Assembly: GCA_964016885.1 (NCBI GenBank)
Contig: OZ024741.1
Coordinates: 306,032,001-306,096,000, forward strand
From: Eledone cirrhosa
Taxonomy: Eukaryota
Direction of reading: 5' to 3'
Length of the DNA stretch: 64,000 nucleotides
Below are positions 10,270-23,059 of this stretch, piece after piece (position 1 is the first letter of the stretch; every line of letters begins with the position of its first letter). Below the pieces are notes generated by a model. It saw only the letters and a list, made by a program, of their open reading frames with translations, was not told where the DNA came from and did not search any database. Both the position numbers and the translations under genes were made by a program.

Positions 10270-10614
10270 ATATCACAGAAAAAAAGAGAATCAGTGTTGC
10301 GACGAATGGAATTTATTGGACATATTGCAATCGTTTCTCTGGCAACCAGCTTGAGGCACGATCGGTGTGATGATCGAACCTGACTCTGAAAATTGCAAGG
10401 TCCTCAGATACGTCTTGATTCTACGAAGCAGATTTTCCTATGTCCTTTTTGGACAAAAGGACATAGGAGAATCAAGACGTATCTGAGGCGATTTTCAGAG
10501 TCAGGTTCGATCATCACATCGATCGTGCCTCGAGCTGGTTGCCAGAGAAACGATTGTAATATGTCCAATAAATTCCATTCATCGCAACACTGATTCTCTC
10601 TTTTTCTGTGATAT
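10270..10614. repeat. Near-perfect ~345-bp foldback made of two inverted degenerate hammerhead units
   Basis: Arms pair end to end around the central hairpin cctatgtcctttt/aaaaggacatagg; each arm reads gacgtat-CTGAGG(A/C)...gttgccaga-GAAAC gatt G(T/C)A-atatgtc-caataaa. Confidence 0.75.
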
Positions 10615-11389
10615 CATACTCTGCCCTATGAGAGCATCGAGTGCTCATACAGCCTACCGCATACGGACACTTTAAGCATCCAACACCAATTATATATATA
10701 TATACATATATATAATATATATAATCCATTGAAATTATTGGGGTTCGAAGAAGAAAGAACATGTTTGTCACAGATTAATAAAAATAAAATCAGGAAAATT
10801 AACAGAGAAGACAACAAACGAAAATAAGGCAGAATGAAAAAAAGTTTCTTTAAAGGAGAAACCTTAAAAGAATTGCTTTTTGCCTAGTCGTCACATAGAA
10901 TTCTATGTGTACCTGTTATGGCGTAATTGCTGTAAGTTATTGTTTTGTCTTGTCTTTTATTCCATGGAGAGTGCTTTGACTTGTATCAGATTCTGTGACT
11001 CCAGGTGGACCAGCAGTGCCATCGATAGGGGTCAAACCTGCCAAAGTCCATCTTGATGGCCGAAGACCTTGGAGTTCTATGTCTTTGTTTTGTTTTGTTT
11101 TTGTTTCTTTATTTAAATAATTTTTTTTTTTTTATATATGATGTGTTTCCATACAGTTTCTGCTATAAAATTTCACTATGGCATTAGTTAACTTGAGGCT
11201 ATAGTAGAAGACACTTGCCTAAGGTGCCACACATTTGACTGAGGGGAGCAATGTGAAATGAAGTGTCTTGCTAAAGATGCAATGCATTGCTGAGAATCAT
11301 GGCTGTATGATTGTGAGTCAAACACCCTCACCACTGAACAATGTGCTTTCAAACCTATTAATGAATGAACAATTAAAAATATCAATTAC

Positions 11390-11526
11390 CAGGAAGTTCT
11401 TTTGTAGCAGCAGTCCTTCTTGTCGAAGCATGTTTTTATCTTCTTCTATGATAGAGTAGGCTTTATTGAGTGTTTCTGTGTTGTTGTCATACATCTTAAC
11501 TCTGTGACCATGATATGCCAGAGTAC
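11390..11526 (-). CDS. Coding exon 2 of 3HCDH-like gene: (G)TLAYHGHRVKMYDNNTETLNKAYSIIEEDKNMLRQEGLLLQKNFL
   Basis: Acceptor gcttttcttcAG, donor GTaatt; 137 nt, phase 1 to 0; Rossmann A..G..V..YD with acidic end of beta-2. Confidence 0.92.
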
Positions 11527-12343
11527 CTGAAGAAAAGCAGATATTTATAGAATAATTTGAAACGTTGTTATCCCCATGTAATGAATTATAACAATAGTTG
11601 ATTACTATAAATGATAGTTGAGAACAATTGGGTAACGTATTCCTGGAAACAGAAAAGGAAGCATTAGTAAAATTTGAAATCTGAAGTGTGCATGTCCCAT
11701 TGCAAATGACCACAACAATCGTCAATCACTACAAATAATAGTTGGATAAAGTATTCCTGGAGATGGAAAGAAGTGGACTGAGGTGACTACGAGTAAAGAA
11801 ACCCTGCATCTCTTGGATGCTGGGCATGTGTGTTACCCATTATGCTAAGGGATCCCTGGTCACCAATTACTATCATTGTAGCCAAAAGTGTAAACATCCT
11901 TTTGACTTAAAAAACATCATTGTCATGTTAACATATGCTTTCCCTGCTAGCAAGGGTTGGATGGGTCTACACAGACCAAGTCAGTATTGAAGTAGGGCCA
12001 TTGATCTCCTGAACAGGCCAGGGATCTGCATCTTGCTTATGTATGGTCTCATATTCTACTGAGTGCACAAGAGAGTCTATCATGTCCCTGACACAACTGA
12101 GGATCTTCCTATTCCTTTGTTTGACAAGCTTTCAATGGCTGGATACCCTTCCTATCACCAATCACTTTACAGCATGTACTGGGTGCATTTATGTTGTGAA
12201 TCACCAACACTAGGGAGGCTGTCATGTCCTTTACATGATTGCAGCATTTTCCCAGCCCTTTGTTTGGCAAACTTTTACAGCTGCATGTCCTACCTATCAC
12301 CAACCACTTTACAATGTGTACAGGGTGCATTTATCATGTAGAT

Positions 12344-12577
12344 CAGTGGTTTCCAACCTTTTATAGCTCATGGTCCACTTTGAACCCAGAAGTTTTCTGT
12401 GGTCCATGAAATTATTATGGTGTAAAAAATTACAAGCATCTAAAATATTTTGCATCTCCAATGAAACGAATATTTATCAACATTTATTTTTACAGTAAAA
12501 ATTATAAAATTTCTGTGGCCCACCTGAAATTTGCCATGGCCCATTTTAGCCATGTGACCATAGGTTGGGAAACACTG
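12344..12577. mobile_element. hAT/Charlie-like MITE inserted in a SINE tail
   Basis: TIR cagtggtttccaacct / aggttgggaaacactg; degenerate 8-bp TSD atgtagat / gtacagat. Confidence 0.75.
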
Positions 12578-12881
12578 GTACAGATCACCAAACACTAGGG
12601 ACATTAACAATAGTTGATCATTATAAATACTAGACCACTCATGACCCGTTGGGTCACGTTCACTTCAAAATATTTTTTTTTAAATCATGTTCACTTAAAA
12701 ATAATTTTTAAATAATTAAAATATACACAGACATGTATATAATGTGAAATGAAACTGGAAGGCCCATATATATACGTGTGTGTAGGGAAATATATAAATG
12801 TGTGTGTGTATACATATATATATATGTGTGTGTGTATATATATATATGTGGGTGTCTGTGATCTATATACACTGGTCATAA

Positions 12882-12916
<35 letters not shown>

Positions 12917-13789
12917 CATACACAACAACACCACCAGCTCTCTCTTCCATTCTCCTCTGTCTCCTTCTCTCCCTCTCTCTATATCTCTCTTTCAATCAAC
13001 TCTGTCACAACCACTATTTCTTTCTCTCTATCCTTCTCTCTCTTTATTTATGAAGGTACCCGGAAAAACCTCAAATCTCGGGAACTCGTGCACCAATTTA
13101 CGTGAAACTTGTTTTATCCATTTGTATTCCCATTTCAGGGTCAACTTCTTTTCAAAGTATTTTTTCCATTATGTGGCCTTTTGGCTGTATTACATTACAG
13201 ACAAGCAAGCAAGCAAGCAATCGCAGAATTTTAGTAATATATAGATAGTTGAGAGATGTGGGGGTTCAATTCCTTGCAGGTGATTCTGTCCATTTTTTGT
13301 CTCCAGGGGTATTTCACCTAATTTTCTCAACTTTTATTTATAGTGATTGGCTATTATTATAGACATTTATATTAGGACAACTACATATCAAATTAAAAAT
13401 TTTCCCAATGCTTCTTTAATCAAACGGATGTTTACACTTATAGAACAATGCTTGTAAGCAAATAGATTAGGGTTTTTCTTTTAACCTTTTGAACACTGAG
13501 CCTCTGTCATTTATACAGTCCTCAATACAATGTCCTCATAAAAATCAGTTAAAGAAAAGATACTCATAAATTAACCATTTTGATACTAACCCATCCAAAA
13601 CTACCTCTGGTTTGATGAAGATGATATCAGTATTGGAATATTGTGCTGGATTATTGGGTTAACCCATACATCATGAGTGAAGTTGGCTAAATGGAGACTG
13701 TTTAGAAGCCCATTGGATAGACTTTATAATTCACTTATTCACTGTATCCCATGACTGTTATCTACCAAGAAAAAATTCTAGCATTGTTT

Positions 13790-13940
13790 TTTGCCTATGA
13801 GGAGTTTGGCTGAGGCTCTTCTCCACCTAGTCTACAGCATATATCCACTTGCTTCCATTCGAGAAGCTCTACAATCTCATCTGATCTCCTTCTTATTGTT
13901 TCTACATTGAGAGTGGCAGTCCTAAAGTTTAAGAACTCAC
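13790..13940 (-). pseudogene. RTE LINE fragment (start of APE endonuclease)
   Basis: FRTATLNVETIRRRSDEIVELLEWKQVDICC, homologous to LRVATLNVSTLTGRSGEIVEMLERKQVDVCC at 61669-61980. Confidence 0.75.
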
Positions 13941-14653
13941 AGAAAGAAGGGTGGTTTCGGAGCATTGAAGTATGCGTGTTGGCTTTCTGACAATGAAATG
14001 AAGAAGAATGTCTGGGCAGTTTCCCAGTCACATTTGAAGGATTTATGAGTATGGAACAAACTAGCTGCATCAGTTGTTAGTTGTCAGGACACTGCATCCT
14101 TAAAAACTTCCATGCTTCCCAAAATTCACCAAAACTATACCTGATATTCCGCCTCCATAAACATGCACACATGTGTGTGTGTGTCTGTGTGTATATTATG
14201 ATTCATACACTGTTCACTTTCCTGACATTTGTACATCATTCTACGTACTATACATGCACCTTCGATGGGTCATAGTGCACCTGAGCACTGTACACAATAA
14301 CTTTCATTATTACTATATATACCAACAGCAGCAACATATGTATGTGTCAGTGATTGTGTCATGTTTGTGTTTATGTTTACTTTTACAATGCTCTAAAAAC
14401 CAGTGTTATTTATGTTGTATCCCCTTATGTCACATCATTTAGCAGTGCAAGAATAAGTTCAGAACAATATGATCAATTGAAGGCTGTGGGTCTGTCCCTT
14501 CCCCAACCCACTCAATATGGCCCACCGCACTTCAATGGTTGTGTCCCAGCATGGATTCATCACAGTCTAATGACTGAAATCAGTAAAAGACAAAAAGAAT
14601 CAACCATAATAATATGCCATGTGTGTTTGTGTGTAAGTATATATATATATATA

Positions 14654-16475
14654 GGTAAAGGAGACGCCCTAGATAGGAGTAACTATAGAGGCATTAAATT
14701 AATCGACCAGGTCATGAAGGTCACGGAAAAAGTAATAGCGCAACTAATCAGAGAGAGAATTGACCTAGATGAAATGCAGTTCGGGTTTGTGTCAGGCAAA
14801 AGTACCACAGACGCTCTTTTCATAGTACGACAACTACAAGAGAAGTTCCTAGCTAAAGGTAAACCCCTCTACTTAGCTTTTGTCGACTTGGAGAAAGCCT
14901 TCGACAGAGTCCCCCGCTCCATTATCTGGTGGGCTCTTAGAAAACTAGGCGTTGACGAATGGCTTGTGAGGGCTATACAAGCCATGTATAAAGAAACAGT
15001 CAGCAAGGTTAGAATTAACAACGAATATAGTGAAGAGTTTAGCGTAAAAGTTGGCGTCCATCAGGGCTCTGTTCTCAGCCCCCTACTATTTATTATTGCC
15101 CTTCAGGCTATAACAGAGGAGTTCAAGACAGGCTGCCCATGGGAACTCCTATACGCAGACGACCTGACACTCATAGCGGAATCAATGGCCGAGCTAGAGA
15201 AGAAATTCCAAACATGGAAGCACGGCCTAGAGTCAAAAGGACTTAAAATTAACCTGGCTAAGACCAAAGTTCTAGTTTGTAGGAAAGAAAACAAGGCGGC
15301 GGTCCCTTCTGGGAAATGGTCGTGTTCGGTGTGTAGGAAAGGCGTAGGTAGAAACTCCATTTTATGTCCTAAATGCAAAGTATGGGTGCATAAAAGATGT
15401 AGTGGGATCACAGGTAAGCTAACTAAGAACATAGATTTTACATGTGGCCGGTGTTCTGGTGCAATAAGTAGCAGCAAGTGCCCACAAAATACTAGCTCTT
15501 TCAATTGCGCAGAGGGTTCTATAGAAATAGTGGACAGCTTCCGTTACCTGGGCGATAAAATCAGCAGTGGGGGAGGGTGCTCTGAAAGTACTGTAGCTAG
15601 AGTCAGAACTGGTTGGAAAAAGTTCAGAGAGCTTATACCACTATTAGCTGCTAAAGGGTTCTCCCTAAAAATGAAAGGCAGGTTGTACGATGCCTGCATA
15701 CGAACAGCAATGTTGCATGGCAGTGAGACCTGGGCATTGTGTGCAGAGGATATACGCAGACTAGAGAGGAACGAAGCTTGCATGCTCCGCTGGATGTGTA
15801 ACAGTAATATACGTGAACGGCAAAGCATAAACGAACTAAGGAAAAAATTAGAGATAAGAGGGATCAGATGTTGTTTACTCGAGAGAAGGCTACGTTGGTA
15901 TGGACACGTGATGCGCATGAAAGTCGATAGCTGTATAACAAAGTGCAGGGCAATAAAGATAGACGGTAGCCACGGAATAGGCAGACCTAGAAAAACCTGG
16001 GACGACCTGATAAACTCCGACCTCACACACTTACACCTCTCCAAGACAATGTCACTGGACCGAGACCTTTGGCGGTACTCAGTAACAGAGAAGACCCGCC
16101 TTGCCAGTAGGCATCTCTAACAAAATACACCCCGTCCCGCCACCACCCCCACCCATCCACACCACCCCGTCCTATGTAAAGTTATGTTGGTGCCGCGCCA
16201 TCGAGGCCGAAACAAATGAGATCGTGTAGGTGTCACGACAAAAAAACACACAGTCCACGCTATAATGTGGCCGTGTAGGCAACACGGTAAAAACCTCCCA
16301 GACCCACACTGTAAATGTGGTTGGTGTTAGGAAGGGCATCCAACTGTAGAAAACCTGCCAGACAGTCCTATGCGAGCAAGACAATCACTCTTGCCTCAAG
16401 TGGGACTACTCCCGTCCAAACCCATGCAAGCGTGGAACACGGACGTTAAACGTTGATGATGATGATGATGATGAT
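14654..16475 (+). mobile_element. 5'-truncated RTE-clade LINE: uninterrupted RT + PHD finger + C-terminus, 3' UTR, (GAT)n tail
   Basis: NYRGIKL, QFGF, FVDLEKAFDRV, GVHQGSVLSP, LYADD, CSVC..CPKC..WVHKRC..CGRC, RLRWYGHV, GRPRKTW; the ORF N-terminus (14354-14653) is unrelated flank. Confidence 0.93.
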
Positions 16476-16611
16476 GTATGTGTGTGTGTGCGTGTTTGTG
16501 TGTGTACCCAAAACGTTTTTTCCTATATCAAGCATAAAAACTAATAATATATTTGATCATTGTACTGTGTAATTTGCTTTGTTATTTCTGTTAACCTTCT
16601 GTGCACACATA

Positions 16612-16938
16612 CACACCGTGACCTCTGGCGTCACGCAGTAATAGAAAAGACCCGACTTCCCATGGGTACAAACCGAAGCTGAAGCATATAGACAATACGC
16701 CCACACCCCCTCCCACCACAAAGTGGTTGTGGAGGTGCCACAGCAAAAAAAGCACCCAGCACTCACTGTAAATGAGGTTGGTGTTAGGAAGGACATCCAG
16801 CTGTACAAATCAAGCCAGAATCAATTCCCGTATGAGCAAGACAAGGTCAGCTGACCGGAAACTGCCCACAACAGGACAACCCGTCTAACCCATGCTAGCG
16901 TGGAAGAACAGACCTAAAACGGGGATGATGATGATGAT
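16612..16938 (+). mobile_element. 3'-terminal fragment of the RTE family at 17355-19032
   Basis: Closely matches 18660-19032. Confidence 0.8.
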
Positions 16939-17354
16939 ACACACATGTATACAAATATATAAATGTATGTGTATATATACGTATATATATGTATGTATAT
17001 ATGTGTGCGTGTGTGTGAATGTATGTATGAAATAAATGTTAAGGCAGAAGTTACATAATTATAATTAATAAATAATGAATAAGTAGCTTCTGTCTTAATG
17101 TTTATTTCATACATGGTAACTCCATTATGTTTGATCACCACCTTTAAGCTAAATAGATACAACTGACGTAAAGGGCTCCTATCAATTTACACTTGTTAAT
17201 CAGTGAGAAGTTATTACACAACTAGCAATTTATACATTTATATATATATATATATATAAAACAAAATATGTTTTCGCTCTGAGTGTGGTGAATACCTAAG
17301 TGTATTCATGAGTGAATAGTAATATTATAGTAATATCATAATATTATTAATATA

Positions 17355-19032
17355 TGATAGAGTTATAGCACAGTTGATTAGGGACCGGGTGAAACTAGAT
17401 GAGATGCAATTTGGGTTTGTACCAGGAAGAGGCACCACTGATGCCTTCTTCCTTGTGAGGCAGTTACAGGAAAAGTACCTAGCTAAAAGTAAGCCACTCA
17501 TCCTGGCATTCGTCGATCTCGAGAAAGCCTTTGACAGAGTTCCATGTGCTATAATTTGGTGGGCTCTTAGAAAACTAGGAGTAGATGAATGGCTTGTGAA
17601 AGCTGTACAAGCCATGTATAGGGGAGCAGTCAGCAAAGTTAGGATTAGCAATGAGTATAGCGAGGAATTTAGCGTACAGGTTGGTGGCCACCAGCACTCT
17701 GTTCTTAGCCCTCTCCTGTTCATCATAGTCCTGCAGGCAATAATGGAGGAGTTTAAGACCGGATGCCCATGGGAACTCCTGTATGCAGATGACCTCGCAC
17801 TTATAGCTGAATCTATGGTAGAACTAGAGAAGAAATTCCAAACTTGGAAGCAGGGACTAGAAAGAAAGGGTCTCAAAGTCAACGTGACAAAGACTAAGGT
17901 CCTTGTAAGTAGACGAGAAAACAGAACCCAGATCCCCTCAGGGAAATGGCCTTGCTCAGTATGGAGGAAAGGTGTAGGTAGGAACTCCATTCTCTGCCCC
18001 AAATGCAAACAATGGGTACACAAGAGATGTAGCGGGATCTCAGGAAGCTTAATTAAGAATGTAGGCTTCACATGTAGCAGCAAACAGCCACAGGAAACAA
18101 GTACCACCAATCTCTGGGAGGGCTCTGTAGAAACAGTAGACAGCTTCTGCTACCTAGGTGACCGAATTAGCAGCGGAGGTGGATGTTCAGAAAGTACAAT
18201 AACTAGGGTAAGAACGGGATGGAAGAAGTTCAGGGAACTACTACCACTGCTAGCTGCAAAAGGCTTTTCCCTCAAAATGAAAGGCAGACTGTATGATGCG
18301 TGTATCCGAACAGCAATGTTACATGGTAGTGAGACCTGGGTACTGAAGGTGGAAGACTTACGTAGATTAGAAAGAAACGAAGCCTGCATGCTCCGATGGA
18401 TGTGTAATAGTAATATACGCGAACGGCAAAGCATAAATGAATTGAGAGAGAGACTGAGCATAAGAGGAATCAAATGCTGTGTGCAGGAGAGGTGGTTGCG
18501 TTGGTATGGACATGTGATGCGTATGAAGGATGACAGCTGCATAAAAAGGTACAGAGCACTAGAAGTCAATGGAAACTGCGGAGTGAGGAGACCCTAGAAG
18601 ACCTGGGATGAGGTGATAAAAGCCGACCTTACCCAATTACACCTCTCAAAGGCGATGACACACGACCGTGACCTCTGGCGTTACGCAGTAATACAGAGTA
18701 CCCGACTTCCCATGGGTCCAAGCTGAAGCATATAGACAATATGCCCCCACACCCTCCCACTGCAAAGTGGTCGTGGAGGTGCCATGGCAAAAAAGCACCC
18801 AGCCCACACTGTAAAGTGGACGTGTAGGTGCCACGCAAAAAAGCACCCAGCATTCTCTGTAAATGAGGTTGGTGTTAGGAAGGGCATCCAGCTGTAGAAA
18901 TCAAGCCAAAATCAGTTTCTGTATGAGCAAGACATGGTCAGCTGACCAGACACTGCCCACAACAGGACAACCTGTCTAACCCATGCTAGCATGGAAGAAC
19001 GTATGTAAAACGATGATGATGATGATGATGAT
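17355..19032 (+). mobile_element. 5'-truncated RTE LINE (RT, damaged PHD, premature stop) inserted into a tandem repeat unit
   Basis: ORF 17374-18597 with DLEKAFD and LYADD; 3' UTR and (GAT)n; the two flanks rejoin into a unit repeated at 19310-19530. Confidence 0.9.
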
Positions 19033-19034
19033 AT

Positions 19035-19530
19035 GGTTTGTTTACAAGTAAACAGCCTCATAAAACACCACATGGTAGAGATGACAACGTCATCCTTTTG
19101 TTCCAGTGGTAGCTGAGAAAATTAACAATAAAAAATTTACAATTGACAATTGTTTTGGGTGTCTTGTTCCTTATCAAGTTTGTGTATTCTGCTTGTTAGC
19201 TACCGTTTGGAACTGTTGAGAATACATAGTATTCTCAAATGAACACATCAGCTGATTAGCCTCATTTGCATTCCGAGCGATTTTATGGCTGGCTTTGCTG
19301 AAAAGTAAAAAGCAAAATATGTTTTTGCTCTTAAAATGGTGGATACCTAAATGTATTCATGAGTGAATAATATCACAATAATATCATAATATCATTAATA
19401 CTTGGTTTGTTTACAAGTAAACAGCCACATAAAACACTACTTGGTAGAGATGATGATGTCATTCCTTTGTTCCAACAGTAGCTGACAGAAAACAAACGAC
19501 AATTGACAATTGTTAATTGTTTCGGAGTGT
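19035..19530 (-). repeat. Tandem ~360-bp-period repeat with hammerhead remnants (Penelope pLTR/retrozyme-like)
   Basis: 17258-17350 + 19035-19160 duplicates 19310-19530; minus strand shows cttgataa-gg..cc-caaaac aatt GTC aattgt and cc-GAAAC aatt.. Confidence 0.5.
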
Positions 19531-19750
19531 ATATATATGTATATATATTTCTTACTCTCATTTGTTTTGTTTACAGATTAAAGATAGTTATATAGGATAG
19601 AATCTCTCTTAATGCCATGTGTACACGCCTGACTGGCTTGGCATCCTCAGGTCAGTCTGCCTTCTTACCCCCTTCCCCCTTGTATTTCAGCCTGTTTAGA
19701 ACTGAACTGAGAATGTAAAGAATTGCAAAATATATTGTCTAATACATTAA

Positions 19751-19982
19751 CCCTTTAGCATTTAAACCAGCTGTATCCAGCCAGAATTCTCTCACATCTT
19801 TCTGTTCAAATCTGCTATAACCAGCTGCTCATACTTATGTTAAGGTATTTTCCTCAAAATAGATAATATTGAAATCTCATAGATTCGATATTATGTGAGA
19901 TAATTATGTGAGATAAAGCCTTTACCATGAAAATATAGTAGTAGTATATATATATATATACAGCAATGCAAATGCTAAAGGG
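19751..19982. mobile_element. piggyBac-type MITE
   Basis: TTAA-ccctttagcattt ... aaatgctaaaggg-TTAA. Confidence 0.85.
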
Positions 19983-20926
19983 TTAATGATTCTGCCAATC
20001 TACCTCCATTCAGTTAATCAATAATGAATAGAAACTATCAGGTTTCTCTTATGCATGCCATTAATTTATCAAAATGCATATTTTCCAATTATTCATATAT
20101 CTGGCAATCCTAGTATAAATGGTATGCCAATCTTGTACTCTAAAAATTAAATACTTTTTGATACTATTGCTATAGTAAAACATTTCATTTCAGGTTGCTC
20201 CAGAATACTCAGCTGAAAGTGATTATCAGCAATAGCTGGGGGTTTAAACCTGCGATAGACTGGCATCCTGTCCAGGGAGGAGTCTTGTACTCTCAGTCGC
20301 TTCACACCATGGAACCAGGATAAGCACAGGTCTGATGAGCCTCCTGGCTTGACATAGACTTTGGACTATTGCTAGAGAATAAAAGAGTAAAAGACTAAAA
20401 GAATAACAGAATAAAAAAAAAACAAACAGGTGTAAGTGGTGGTTAGTTGTGGTAGGTAGGTGGGTGTTGAGTGGTGGGATGACATGACAGTTGAGGTGTT
20501 ACATTAGTCATAGCAGGCCTGTTAGACCAGCTTGCCACCACAAGCCCCCACAGGTTCACATCAACTCACTACCACTACCAATTGGTCCCCTCTACCTCCT
20601 CCATACACACTGCTACCATACATTATTGCAAGCTGCAAGAATGAAATACCATTCATTTAATATTGCAGTTATTTCGTTTTTTTCTTCCTTTCTTTCATTT
20701 TCAGGGTTGTTTCTTGTTATTGTTGTTGCTGTTGTGAGTGTGTAGGGTGGCTTAGGGGTTTTTTTTTTCATTTGTGGAGGGAAACTGCAGTTGGTATGGT
20801 GAGTAACATTGGGGTAGGGTGAAGGTGAGCATGAGGGTCAGGGGTGGATTTCAGGTGAGTCCCAAATTCTCACACTCAAGAGTCAATCAACCCTCTTAAA
20901 CTTCTTTCCCTGCTGTTAGAATCAGC

Positions 20927-21720
20927 ATGGTGGTGGTGATGGTTATGGTGGTGATAGTGGTGATATTGGTGGTGGTGATGGTGGTGTTATTGGTGGTGGT
21001 GATGGTGGTGTTATTGGTGATGGTAGTGATGAGGGTGGTGGTGGTGGTGGTGGTTGTGGTGTTGATGTTGTGGGTGGTGGTGAAGAAGAAGGGGAAGGTA
21101 GTCAGAGAAAGTGGTTGACTCCTTTACTAGATATCAGTCATCACCACCACCACCACCACCTTCACAGTCCACAACCACCATCCCCATCACCACCACCACC
21201 ACCACCACTACCTTCACAGTCAATAACCACTATCTCCACCACCAACACCACCACCACCACCACCACCACCACCACCTTCACAGTCAACAACCACCATCTC
21301 CATCACCACTGTTACCACTACCACCACCACCACCACCACCACCTTCACAGTCAACAACCACCATCCCCATCACCACTGTTACCACTACCACCACCACCAC
21401 CACCACCACCTTCACAGTCAACAACCACCATCTCCATCACCACTGTTACCACCACCACCTTCACAGTCAACAACCACCATCTCCATCACCACTGTTACCA
21501 CCACCACCTTCACAGTCAACAACCACCATCTCCATCACCAATGTTACCACTACCACCACCACCACCACCACCACCTTCACAGTCAATAACCACTATCTCC
21601 ACCACCAACACCACCAACACCTTCGCAGTCAACAACCACCCGCTCCATCACCACTGTTACTACCACCACCACTATCTTCACAGTCAACAACCATCATCCC
21701 CATCACCACATCTACCACAA
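20927..21720. repeat. (GGT)n tract followed by an (ACC)n-based compound minisatellite
   Basis: 20927-21085 is GGT-rich; 21140-21720 repeats (acc)n-ttcacagtcaacaaccaccatctccatcaccactgtt. Confidence 0.9.
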
Positions 21721-22249
21721 GAAATTGAAATTAGGACAGAGAACAAAAACTAAATACTGTAAGACATTGTAGTCTGTCACTCTACCGTATCTGCCACTCC
21801 ACCACCTTATTAATTAATTTATCCTTTCAAAAAAAAACATATATATAATAATAACAAAAGATAAAAAAACAGGTGTGGCAAATAAATCAGTGTATGTATC
21901 ATGTATGAATGTCTCAGGTGTGTGGGCTATAAAGATAAAATTCCATAAAGGTAGCTTAAGGTATTTAAACTATTTTCTGCTTTATTTGAATGAAAAGAAA
22001 AAAGAGAAAATAATAATTATACACATACATCAAACATTCTTTTTGTTTCTTTAACTTGTTTTATATTATTTTATGTCATTTTATGTTATGTCTATTGACA
22101 GAATTGATAGAGCAATTGTTGAAAATATCTTGAAAATATTCAGATTTCGTTTCTTTACATTCTGAGTTCAAATCCCACTGAGGTTGAACTACCTTTTATC
22201 TCTTGACTGGGTAACAAAACGTAATAATGGAGGACTGGAAATGCTTTAA

Positions 22250-22602
22250 CTCTTTAGCATTTAAACCAGCCATATCTTGTAACTGACTGCTCATACTGGC
22301 GTTAAGGTATTATTCTCAAAATAAATAATATCAAAATCTCATAGATTCGATATTATGTGAGATAATTATGCAAGATAACGCCTTTTCTGTAAAAATACAA
22401 TAGTAGCTCGGATCCCGAATGAGCCCACAGCACAGTACAAAGGTAACTTAAGGGCAGCAGCAACAAACTTCCTCTTACAGGCTGGAGATAGAATGTGCAG
22501 CAACAAGGGTGATGCCCCAACATGGCCTCAGCTGGATGGCTGGAAAAGGTAAAAGAGTAAAAGAGTAAAGAGGAAATATAGAGTGATGTAAATGCTAAAG
22601 GG
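22250..22602. mobile_element. piggyBac-type MITE with a ~170-bp retroposon 3' fragment inserted
   Basis: TTAA flanks and the same TIRs as 19751; extra segment ~22405-22573 ends in (gtaaaaga)n. Confidence 0.75.
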
Positions 22603-22838
22603 TTAATAGACACTAATTTTTCTCTAAAATTTTGTATGTTAGAAATAGCATAATGTGTGAATTGGGCTTACAGTAGGTACACCATATCACTGCATGTTGT
22701 AATGGGTGACTAAAAGATTGACACCAAGAAGAGCATCCAGCTGTAAAACACTGCCCCCAAAAGACCTCATCATGAATTTGAAGCTTGTCACAGGGCCTGC
22801 CAAGTTAACTGCTGCTTTAGTAAAGGAAATGGTATTAA

Positions 22839-23059
22839 CCCTTTAGCATTTAAACCGGCCTTATCTGACCAGAATTCTCTCACCTCTTTCTGTTCAAACT
22901 GTTCATAACTAGCTACTCATACTTATGTTAAGGTATTATTCTCAAAATAAATAATATCAAAATCTCGTATATTCGATATTACATGAGATAATTATGTAAG
23001 ATAAAGTGTTTACCATGAAAATACAATAGTAAATATAGAGTAATGCAAATGCTAAAGGG
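22839..23059. mobile_element. piggyBac-type MITE
   Basis: TTAA-ccctttagcattt ... aaatgctaaaggg-TTAA. Confidence 0.87.

Noticed and set aside
11318-11725. 135-aa ORF as a stand-alone gene
   Set aside because: Only 11390-11526 is coding (exon 2 of the spliced gene); the rest is intron
14354-14653. N-terminal 100 aa of the 588-aa RT ORF as a domesticated fusion
   Set aside because: Made of SINE tail and TG/TA microsatellite with a GTG start; chance read-through into a 5'-truncated RTE
21070-21753. Pro/His/Thr-rich mucin- or extensin-like ORFs
   Set aside because: Translation of an (ACC)n minisatellite that is open in several frames; no splice or signal-peptide evidence
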